Shown piece by piece: positions 20,498 through 30,341 of a DNA stretch of 33,206 nucleotides. Within the stretch, counting starts at the first letter, position 1. Every line of letters starts with the position of its first letter. Under the pieces are notes generated by a model, which searched no databases, was not told the DNA's origin, and saw only the letters and a program-made list of their open reading frames with translations. Source of the stretch: Nemertoderma westbladi (lineage: Eukaryota > Animalia > Xenacoelomorpha); the NCBI GenBank assembly GCA_032718475.1, contig JAUCBJ010001228.1, forward strand, positions 1-33,206, written 5' to 3'. The translations under genes were made by a program, and so were the position numbers.

Positions 20498-20654
20498 ATG
20501 AGATCCCGACCGAGTTAGATTTGTACGCGTCACCGTTCTGCTGGCAGTTATGCTAAGTCGCTTTGGCCGAAGGCCGTTGGGGAAAACAATAGAGTTTTGT
20601 TTCTCAATATTGATAGTCCAAACGATAATAGCACAATCGGTAAATCGCTAAATC
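20498..20654. repeat. About 150-bp direct repeat (LTR-like segment), copy 2
   Basis: Matches 16469-16625 with a few substitutions and lies just upstream of the gag ATG at 20460. Confidence 0.92.
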
Positions 20655-21124
20655 AGTGCTTAATGTGCTCAGTGTACTAATCTTACTAATAATTATTACT
20701 ATTAGTCCTAATAATTTTACTACTGGAGATTGGAATCCCGTTTGTCGGATACTGGCATTTTATTGTGGGACTGTAAATATAGGATGTTAAACCGTTTAGT
20801 ACGTGGTCATCTTTCACTCTTATAATTTTCGCTGGACGCTTTGCAAGTCGGCGCGGCACTAGTTTCCCCTACTTTGTAGTCTAGGTTTGTAACAGCAGCT
20901 CAATCGAAACCACTTCTCACTCATTCATCCAAAATACCATGATTATTTATGTTAAACCTTTATGAATAACATACTAACCTTGCTTCAGTATCAATAGTCA
21001 CATGCATTACTGTTATAGACACTGATTCATTTCACATTTTGCCCTAATTATAATGATTTTCTGCAATATTGTATTATTATAATAATAATATATTAATAAA
21101 ATAATATATTTATTTTCTTCATAC

Positions 21125-21237
21125 CTGCCACGGCCAGCTATTTTTAACAGCCTCGACGCCTCCAATTATCCGCGTGTCAGCTAGATTTGGACTGATAAAA
21201 GGAACTCCGCATTCAACTGGTTCCGAACTTATAGGAA
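21125..21237 (-). CDS. Host gene exon: trypsin-like (S1A) serine protease activation segment
   Basis: Acceptor ttattttatag| and donor CAG|GTATGA, phase 1 to 0. Translates PISSEPVECGVPFISPNLADTRIIGGVEAVKNSWPWQ, with the CG, R|IIGG and SWPWQ motifs. Confidence 0.93.
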
Positions 21238-21624
21238 CTATAAAATAAATTATTATTTAATAATTTCATACAAGATAAGTAGTAAACTTTTTTATAGCAC
21301 CTTGTTGTTATATTTTATAATAACTAATGTGTAATTATTATTTCATTCATGTGTGATTCTATATTACATTGGTACAAATTATACACAATTGTTGACCATA
21401 ACCTAAATAAATAATAGATGTATTTATACATTACGTAAAAACAATAACAAATACACCAAACAATGTACCGGTATAAAGGTATTGTCCAACATAACATATA
21501 GGATTACCCCTAAAGCTTTGCAGCTTATTTCCAAGGGGGTCCTTAGGATGTTTATATTTATTTTTTACATTGATATCTCATAATGATCTAAAAGGCTGTG
21601 CAGTTTATTATCATGTAAGCTTAC

Positions 21625-21642
21625 TCGTTGAGGCCGCCGACT
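21625..21642 (-). CDS. Possible 18-nt phase 1-1 micro-exon (xSAAST linker)
   Basis: gttctcttcag|AGTCGGCGGCCTCAACGA|gtaagc: a GC-rich island in an AT-rich intron with good splice sites and compatible phase. Confidence 0.4.
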
Positions 21643-22084
21643 CTGAAGAGAACATAGCCCTACTATTAAATATCGTGCTTACTATATTCGCAATTTTAAT
21701 TAATGTAAGTTTAATGTTTAAATTACTGTGGACTACTGTATAATTATATTCTGCAGTGCTATGCTTTTTAATCTTGAATGATTAACAAATTATTATTTTA
21801 TTATAATAATATACTCAATTAAAATGGCAACTTGAAAAGTATACAAAATTTTGTCATTAATATAGAATATTTATTAATATATTTCTTCTCAACATTGAAG
21901 AAAAATTTGGCTCTCTTACAGTTTGCCGTGCTACCTATATATATTCAATATAATTAAAAAAAATATAATAGTTATAATTATATAATATATATTTACGCAA
22001 GTGATACCGTAATTTACTTTACGTACAATTACATTTTGTTACGTCTTGTGTAGCTAATAATGTTTTTATTGTTTGTTACTAAAC

Positions 22085-22508
22085 CGGGTACACTTCCTTC
22101 GCTTCCTTCTAGTTTCCCTAATTATGATATGATAGATTAAAAATTATCATTTTATTATATCAAAAAATTGCAAAATGACAAGCTAGCTAGTTTTTTAAAT
22201 GTTCTAGAACATTATCAACCCATTTCATATAAAATTGTTGTTCTAGAACAAATATTTTTTGTTCTAGAACAAAAAATACAAAGCACTAGCTAATTTGTTA
22301 ATTTTTTATTGTATGTTATCTTTGTATACATTTTTTATACTAGCTATTTTTTGTTTCTTTTTTTAATGTTCTAGAACATATTATCTATACATTTAATATA
22401 AAAAATTTGTTCTAAAACAAATATTTTTTGTTCTAGAACAAATATTTTAAGATTATTTTATTATATCAAAATATGGCTATAATGGCATGGGAAAGTGTAA
22501 GAATCCCG
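22085..22508. repeat. AT-rich repeat or MITE-like element with multiple GTTCTAGAAC palindromes
   Basis: GTTCTAGAAC at 22201, 22240, 22261, 22368 and 22430, with a variant at 22409, arranged as two ~168-bp units. Weak inverted ends. Confidence 0.6.
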
Positions 22509-22757
22509 AAAATTTTAAATCGTGGTTTTGACGGATAAATCACTAACATTACTCAATACATAAATTTCCTCTGCCAAGGTGTAAATGTTTTGACAATTGA
22601 AGTTAGATTGTAGTTTTATGAGCTAAATTAAATTAATAATAATTATTCAAAAGAAAGCTAAAATATATGTTACTATTATAATTAATTACTTATACAATAA
22701 TATATTATATTATTTTATATATTTATCACAGCGGCATTATGTGTTCCTGACACTTAC

Positions 22758-22883
22758 TCGGTGGTCCACATTTGAAGCAGCTAGTTTGACAAAACGACAT
22801 CATGTAATTAGGGTTGATGTCGCATTCACCCTCGGAGCTCCACCGGACACAGTCTTGGGTAGAATCGGCATCCTCTACACAAT
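22758..22883 (-). CDS. Host gene exon: ShKT domain 3
   Basis: taatacag| ... |gtaagt, 126 nt, phase 1-1. Translates CVEDADSTQDCVRWSSEGECDINPNYMMSFCQTSCFKCGPP, a six-Cys ShK pattern. Confidence 0.9.
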
Positions 22884-22960
22884 CTGTATTAATAGTAGCT
22901 GAGTAATTCAGGCATTATATTCTGGTTGAAACGGGTGGCATATTATTAGAGACAGAGCTG

Positions 22961-23489
22961 GGTTTTATTGAAAAATATCGGGACAAGAAATATAACGAGT
23001 AAAAATATCGCGCATTGAAAAATATCGATAAATTCGCAGTTAAAAAAATATCGCGAGGAAAAATAACGAGCGTAAAGACAATTAGATATTGTTACTCGCG
23101 ATATTTTTACTCGCGATATTTTTACTCTCGATATTTTTACTCTCGATATTTCGCCCATGTGAAAAATACCAGGTTTTCACTTTTCGGTCGACTTTTTATG
23201 GAAATTTTATTTACTAAGATTTTTTATTTTTTTAAATTTATCTTTATTTAAGTGTTTTATAGTGCTTACGGCTGTGTTTATAGTGTCTTTTGGCCTGTTC
23301 ATGTACTAATTCGTTTATTGGTTTGGTTAGATTCAGCCATTCTGTAACCTGTGTTTTTGGTGAAAACCTGGTATTCTACACATGGGGGTCACTGCAAGTG
23401 AAATACAACAGCAGAAAGTTTGGTATTCTTCACATGGGCCGATATTTTTACTCGCGATATTTTTCAAGTCTCGATATTTTCACCATTAT
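22961..23489. mobile_element. MITE (Mutator-like) with 15-bp subterminal repeats and an 8-bp target-site duplication
   Basis: CAGAGCTG at 22953-22960 and 23490-23497. Imperfect TIRs are built from AAAAATATCG(C)GAGT / ACTCGCGATATTTTT units. Confidence 0.7.
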
Positions 23490-23971
23490 CAGAGCTGAGG
23501 TGAAGGGTTTGGGGGGGGGGGGGGGGGGGTGGGGTTGGAGGGTGGCTCTTGGATTCATATTTTATAGTGTTTCCCTCTTACACCCCTCCAGTATTTCCTC
23601 TTACCCCCGACCATTACTGCCCTCCTATTTCTGTTTGCCACAATTTTTCCGTACCGGTAGCAGCTTCGCCAGGTCATAATCTAAGCAATAATGCAGTGGA
23701 ATTTTTGGCATTGATAACCATTATTTATATGGCTATTCGGGCCTGATTTATTGTTATGGTTATGTTATGGCTGTAAACCGTGATAAACTGTTTTACTGGG
23801 ATCAAAATTCAAGGGGGTAAGAGGAATAAAGTATATCAGGATTGGGGGGCTCTTGACATTCAAAATGTAAACCTGTAACGTTGCGGAATTTCAATCTGAA
23901 ACACTCTAATCAACTCAAACAACAACTGATTGGTTTTCTTTTTTTTTATTCTGATGTTCTTTCTCACTAAC

Positions 23972-24097
23972 ATGATGTATGACATATATTGCAGGATGTC
24001 TGACAGGCGATCAACATAAATCCCGGATGGACTTCACATTGTCCAGTAAAGGACCAACCAGAACATTGTGGTTGCGTATCTGGAAGCTGTAAACAGG
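23972..24097 (-). CDS. Host gene exon: ShKT domain 2
   Basis: tttcacttgcag| ... |gttagt, 126 nt, phase 1-1. Translates CLQLPDTQPQCSGWSFTGQCEVHPGFMLIACQTSCNICHTS. Confidence 0.88.
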
Positions 24098-24559
24098 CTG
24101 CAAGTGAAATATATAAAATTTAGGAATGAATACGCGTATAAGAATTACAAGAATTATAGAAGCTGTAAGACTACAAGTTATCTTTTACTTTTGTTATGTT
24201 ATAGTGAAAGTAAAATGGTAAGTTAACGGTACATACATAGATACAATAAGTTATCTCATTAAATAACTTATCTAATTTGGTAAAACCGGCAAGTATAATT
24301 AAAAGTAATGATAAAAAATTACCGACTCCAACATACTGTATATGTGCTAAACAATTATAATTATGTACATTATATTTACAATTATTAAGTTGGCCTATAA
24401 TATGTTATCGGTGTACAAAAGTGAAACAAAATGTAGTTAAAAATAATTAAATCAATACAGAATACAAGGACTGTAAATAAAATATAGAGGGCTAAAGATA
24501 TATGGAACAAACTATTATATTAAATTACATAAAAAAAGACAAAATATATGTAAAATATG

Positions 24560-25024
24560 ACTGAAAAAGATTCCAAATGTTTACAACCCTGTCTGCGAAG
24601 TTGTTGCATCTGCTTTGAGTCCTGCAGTTCGATTGCTTGTACAGCGCCAAGGAATACACTGGCGTTAAATATTGGTGGAGTCCGGAACGAAACTGGAAGA
24701 AATTACTTCGCTCAATATTGTCAATCCCGTGGATAAACTTGTATGTTGTTTGTTATAGGTCGTCTCGTACACGACGATATAGTAGGCCTAATGTTGGTGG
24801 TTTGAGTGCCCGTAGTCGGTTTTCGTATGACAAACTCAACCAGCGATGGACAAGGCGAGTGGACGTTGTTGTACTTGCTCAAGATGATCGCTATCATATT
24901 GAAGGAATGGCGACCAAACAAGTGTGCCACATTCAAGTAGAGGCCGAACGAGAGATTTGTATAACAGGGTCAAGTTTGGTGCTTCCAAAAATGTCAAAGT
25001 GTTTCGGAGAAACTGTTTTGACAC
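24560..25024 (-). mobile_element. Degraded 3' fragment of a CR1/L2-group LINE ORF2
   Basis: LLYKSLVRPLLECGTLVWSP...HLEQVQQR, then in another frame LSYENRLRAL...RRVRDDL*QTTYKFIHGID. These are typical post-RT motifs, with frameshifts and stops. Confidence 0.8.
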
Positions 25025-25216
25025 TTGTAGCTAAAGATTGAAAGCAAAATAAAAATTCTGGCTCACTCAGTCAGTGGTCGGGAAGTGAAACTCTATCTTT
25101 TTTAATTTTCATGCAAACTCATTAAGATTTGTAGAAAAATTAGGGGGGGGGGGGGGGGGGGTCATTGAAATACGACACTATATTCTGGCACATTTATGAA
25201 GTAGGTCAAATCTTAC

Positions 25217-25378
25217 CATTTTCGCACCCATGACAACTAGCTGCACATTCGTTCAGCATATATGAAGGATTCACACGACATTGATCTAGTCCGTCTTCTT
25301 TGGCCCAAATTTTGCAAAAGACATTTCTGTCGATCAAATCTTCACATGGATGGTATGTGGGAGGTGGTAGTCCCCCTC
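25217..25378 (-). CDS. Host gene exon: ShKT domain 1
   Basis: ttttttgatag| ... |gtaaga, 162 nt, phase 1-1. Translates GGLPPPTYHPCEDLIDRNVFCKIWAKEDGLDQCRVNPSYMLNECAASCHGCEN. Confidence 0.92.
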
Positions 25379-26564
25379 CTATCAAAAAATATAAAAAATA
25401 ATTTTAATTTTAATCTATATAACAATTAACATTGTGAGAGTGGGGTCAGGTAATGCAATTAAGCGGAGCATGGCAACTTTTAGGAAGCAGTAGACCCCTA
25501 CCACAAACATAGTGAAATTATTCTTTAATTTACCTACTTTTTACTTACACTTTACTATTTACGACTTCTGTATCTATTTTATAAAGATTTATTGTTTTAA
25601 GCAACACTAATGTGGGCAAAGTTATATAATAACTCTCAAAAGTTATATCAAAATTCCTAGAATGTATATAAAAAAAGTTACTCAAAGTTACCAAAGCACT
25701 CCTCACCCGGTTTCTACTTTTTCCTCATCCCAGAGGTTTTTCTACGGTGTTACAGTACACTATTTTATATGTCAGAAGGAAGCAATACAGTATTACTTGG
25801 GAAGAACAGAAAATCACTGTGTTTGTTGATGCCTTTAGTTCATGCCTTTATGCCATAATGTTAATGTCTGTGTCTTGATGACATTATAAATTCATTGTTA
25901 ATAATTGAACTTTATTTACGTGTATTATAACTTATATTCTGTGGTTGAACTCAATTTGCTGTCATCTTTTGCTTAATATATCGCTGATATTACGGAATCA
26001 AGAAAGTTTTACACGCACGACAACAACAGGTGGGTCACTATAAATAAGTATCAGTGATAATCTGTACAATTGCATCAGATTTTGTGTTGTCGTACCTCTG
26101 ATTTACTAAATAATTAATATATGGCGATATTTCAGACCATTATTATAAGCAAAGCCCTTATTATTAATCATATCACGATTGAGAGTTGTCACAAATTGAT
26201 TACGGTAGCAATATCAATATAATTAGACATAAAGACAAGTTACAATACGTTTCCCCTAAAGTGAAACACAAATGCTAGACTTGACATACTTAATTACATA
26301 ATTTACATTTACATTACTTACATAATTAATTAGTCAGACATTTGCTTGTTATACTGTGTTGCCACACCCTCCCGGTATCATATCTCGGTTAAATACAATA
26401 GATAATCAAATACCGTATTGAACTAAATAAAATATAGAGCAAATCAATACATAAGAAGGATTAAAGGGTAACTTAAATCGAACCAGTGAGCGGCCCTTCG
26501 TTGAAGGTATACTAGCGCCATTCCGCTCATTGTTTCAGGCCAGCAATTTGAAGGTATACCTGCA

Positions 26565-26666
26565 TGTGGGGCGAGACACGTATGGCGAGCCATCAGCGAA
26601 CTGATATAATTATACTATGGCCGTTTTTCAAAAGTCTGTGTGTGTGTGTGTGACGTGTGTGTGTGT
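26565..26666 (+). repeat. Dispersed repeat ending in (TG)n, copy 1
   Basis: GTGGGGCGAGACACG.ATGGCGAGCCATCAGCGAACTGATAT...CCGTTTTTCAAAAGTCT(GT)n also occurs at ~28196-28298. Confidence 0.85.
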
Positions 26667-27299
26667 CGGTAGCCATAAATGTCGGAAGCCATAATCTAAA
26701 TTAATATATTCAGCTAAAGAGCACCAATCTGAGCGAATGATACATCGGTTAGCAAGGCAGCTAGCTACTTGCAGACCAATCATAGGTGGCCTGCAGCAGG
26801 CTGGGTTGGTTAAGTAGTAATCTCAATAAATAGGACCCAGCAGGAGAGCGGAGAGGATCTACTGTGATTGGTTCTTGACTTACATTGGTAAGAACCAGCA
26901 GTGAATCTTAGATTAGCTTTTTTCAGTTCACATATTGTTTATAATCATAAACACAAAATGATTCAATTATTCAATTTTGCAATGTACCGGATGGGTGCTA
27001 GCGAGGTAGGCCTAGCAGGTCGTCAGTCCGTCATCCTACAAGTTGGATCTTGACTCTATCATGTGCGTTCATCTATATGATGCAGACCATCCTGAGCCCG
27101 TGAACATGAATTGTAAAGGCTATCTCGAGGCTGATTATTTTACACATTTACTTGATACTTGCATGAATGCGTCTTGAGGTAAAATTGCATTATTCTGCAG
27201 TTGTTTTGTTATCTGAGAAATTACTGATCAGCAAGCAGGAAATTATAACAGCATCATCGTAACCACTCTGCTGACACTTTGCAGAATAAATTCTACCAG

Positions 27300-27810
27300 A
27301 CCATAGCTGCGTGTTGGGAGGACGCCGACCAGTTTGCGGTTCTTCAGTCTGCCACTAGGAGGCGAAATGTCTGAAAGTGAAAATCTTATCCTATTTTGTT
27401 ATTAATAATGATTTTTAGCTGATACTTAGGTCCTTTACACAATATGTTTATAATGTTTTTTTTGCTGATACCAAGCAGAGTATACTACACCGTAAGGGTG
27501 TGTATTTGGGCTTGGGGAGACGATGACCAATCTACAGTTCCCCAGTCTGCCGCTATTAGGGGATGAAATGTCTGAATGAGGAAACCTACAATTTTGTTGT
27601 TTATGAATGCTTTTTTGCTGATACTTGGCACTTGGCAGGCAGTCTGTCACTAGGGGGCGAAATGTCTGAAATTACAACCTTCCATTTTAATACGATAGAG
27701 TTGCTGCAGTGACCTACTGCACTATAGGTTATGTTTGCGAGGACGCTAACTACTACTCTGCAGTTATACAGTTTTCCACTAAGGGGAAAATATCACACAG
27801 TTTAAACCTT
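27300..27810 (+). repeat. Degenerate tandem repeat, 3-4 units, with core CAGTCTGCCACTAGGRGGCGAAATGTCTGAA
   Basis: Core copies near 27345, 27543 and 27640, and a decayed copy near 27770. Confidence 0.7.
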
Positions 27811-28090
27811 TTCCCATTTTATTATTTATCTATTACAACATAAAGCCTTATGTTGTTTATTATTGTATGTAGCTGCAACTAAAGCGGCATCAGTCTGTTT
27901 GTTTGAGAGAATGCTCACTTATGTAAAGTTTTGTTAAGTTAATTAATTAATTTATTTATGTTTGATATTGTCCATTGATTGATTGACTGTATAGAAGCTT
28001 GTGAACTAGAAGGTTTCTAGTGTTATATATAAATATGCATTGTCTGTCTGTGAGTCTATGAGTCTGTCCAAGCTATACGCTCCGACACAC

Positions 28091-28298
28091 GAGCACCAAT
28101 CTGAGCAAATGATCGAAAGCTCTCTTCCCGAGCACATAAACTATCGCTATCTCGAGGCTAATTTTACTTGTTTGTTTGCGTGAATGCGTATTTTGTGTGG
28201 GGCGAGACACGAATGGCGAGCCATCAGCGAACTGATATACTGTAATTATACTATGGCCGTTTTTCAAAAGTCTCTGTGTGTGTATGTGTGTGTGTGAC
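28091..28298 (+). repeat. Dispersed repeat, copy 2, with the blocks in permuted order
   Basis: Contains GAGCACCAATCTGAGC (also at 26719), GCTATCTCGAGGCT (also at 27119) and the block found at 26565. Confidence 0.8.
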
Positions 28299-29310
28299 AA
28301 CAAGGCATGAACAAGGGCAGCCGTGCCCAATAATATTTCTTGAAGTTGTACATTACTAAAATGGCAGCTAAAGCTAAAGTCATTGACCAAGCCAGTGCCT
28401 AGGCTAGCACACAAGGACATGGCCTAACCTGTAGTAGTCTAGTAGAAGGAATAGTGCTCCTTCAATACATCTCAACAGACATCAATTCATTTGCCTGTGC
28501 CTACCATAACATAACATATATGCTTGATTTCCAATCACCTCTCACCACAATTATTATTAGTAATTAAAAGTTTCAATTCGATTTGTCTTTCCGTTATCTG
28601 GTTATTCAGTTATTGCATTATTAATAAATAAATGTTTAAAAATATATCTTAGGCCAGTATTGGTTGACAGAAGGAGATACGCAATGCGTATCCCATTGCG
28701 CCTCATAATAGCCTCTCGTCAACAAGTCAACCCCACCGACTAGCGGCACTGGCTGTTTCAGCTGACGGGGCTCTGTCGAAAAACGCGTCCCTGATGCAGT
28801 AAGGGCCCTCTTTTGAGGAGCAATATTATTATTGCCGCGGAACTGCTTCTACTCTAGGCCAGACCTAGCCAGAAGTAGAATCCTCACCAACCATCAACAC
28901 GAATAGATGAATCTGACACTTGCCCCAATACACCCCCCCCCCCCCCTCCCCCCCCGCCCCAATGACGCAGAGGCAGACCAACAACACACCTCTTCACCTC
29001 TACCGATGTCGGAGAGTAAAATACCACGCATTATAGAATACAGGATAAGTTTGATCCAAGCAATGCAACGAAACCTGTAAGTTAGAAAATGCATGGTCCC
29101 AATATTTGCAAAACAATTACAAAGTCCTAGTCCGAGTGGCCCACACCCGCTCAGGTGTGCCCACTGCGGATCTTCCGTAGTAAACCAATTTGGTCAGGTC
29201 AAATCCAAACATTCACTGGAGATCACCAAATGGGGCGCTATGTGAAATACCGTGCAGACACGATGATGAAATATATCTTACGAAATATGGTTAATAATTA
29301 AAACGTGTCG

Positions 29311-29708
29311 CTAACATTCTCGCTGTGGGGGTTTTAAGGGGTGCTGATTACATTTCTGATGTCAGTTTTCACGTTTACATAAATCTAGTCTGTCTGTCTG
29401 TCGGTAATTCTGTTAGTCAGTCTGTCAAAACATAAAAAATAATTCAAATTAACTAACATTCTCGCTATGGGGGTTTTAAGGGGTGCTGATTTCATTTCTG
29501 ATGTCAGTTTTCAGGTTTACATTAATCTAGTTTGTCGGACTGTCGGTCTTTCTGTCAGTCAGTCAGTCTGTCAAAACTTTAAAAAGAATACAAACTAACT
29601 AACATTCTCGTTATGGGGGTGTTAAGGGTTGCTGATTTCATTTCTGATGTCAGTTTACACGTTTACATAAATCCAGTCTGTCTGTCTGTCGGTCTTACTG
29701 TCAGTCTG
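29311..29708 (+). repeat. Three tandem ~144-bp units with a (GTCT)n microsatellite; Helentron/DINE-like core repeat
   Basis: Units begin CTAACATTCTCG.T.TGGGGGT.TTAAGGG.TGCTGATT.CATTTCTGATGTCAGTTT at 29311, 29453 and 29599. The family assignment is an inference. Confidence 0.8.
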
Positions 29709-29961
29709 TACTACTGTACTGTGGTTGGCATTACGCCATATACCTAACATTGATAATACAGTCTACAATAAAGCCTATCCTATCTACAGTACAGAATGGA
29801 TTTTTTGCCATGAAGAGCACTAAATGTCTTTAATACTATCCACCAGTATACCTAGACCAAGAGCCTTCCAATAAAACATGTATTGCAGCATGACGTCCAC
29901 TGCATGTCTTAGTGTTGTCCATGGTGACATGCACTGGACGTCATAGGCTCTAAGGGGTTAA

Positions 29962-30341
29962 GCAACACGGTCCCTACTTCGCCCTGTCGACACCCCAGCC
30001 ATTCTTCACCAATCCTTTTTTAGAGTTTTTAAATTTTTTTGTTATTGGTGAAAGTTCTAGAACATTAGTAGATATGTTCTTTATGATAGCTACCGGTAGT
30101 GTTTTTTGCTAGCTAGTATTTTTAGAAATTATAAAAAATGTGAAAGTCCATGATATTTCAGGTTAAACTGTTGAAGAATATATTAATGACCAAAATAATT
30201 TCCAAAAATTACTAGCTAGTAAAAAATACTAGCTATATACCATAAAAAATCTACTAAGGTTCTAGAACATTCACTAATATAAAAAAGCAATCAAAATCAC
30301 AAAGAAATAAAAGTTAAAAAACTCATTCGGGACACTTTTGC
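29962..30341. mobile_element. Foldback MITE flanked by TTAA
   Basis: TTAA at 29958-29961 and 30342-30345. Ends GCAACACGGTCCC / GGGACACTTTTGC. Long internal inverted arms (~30035-30132 vs ~30195-30286) each contain GTTCTAGAAC and CTAGCTAG. Confidence 0.65.

Larger units (their letters stand above)
16469..20894 (-). mobile_element. Defective, non-autonomous BEL/Pao LTR retrotransposon
   Basis: Gag and protease remnants lie between direct repeats. On the minus strand a G-rich polypurine-like tract (17132-17146) is followed by TGTAAG at 17131. No RT, RNase H or integrase was seen. Outer boundaries are approximate and no TSD was found. Confidence 0.7.

Noticed and set aside
22946-23746. ORFs with KISRV and YFYSR repeats
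   Set aside because: They are translations of the 15-bp MITE subterminal repeats and a poly-G run.
24637-25041. 134-aa plus-strand ORF
   Set aside because: It is antisense to a decayed LINE ORF2 fragment.
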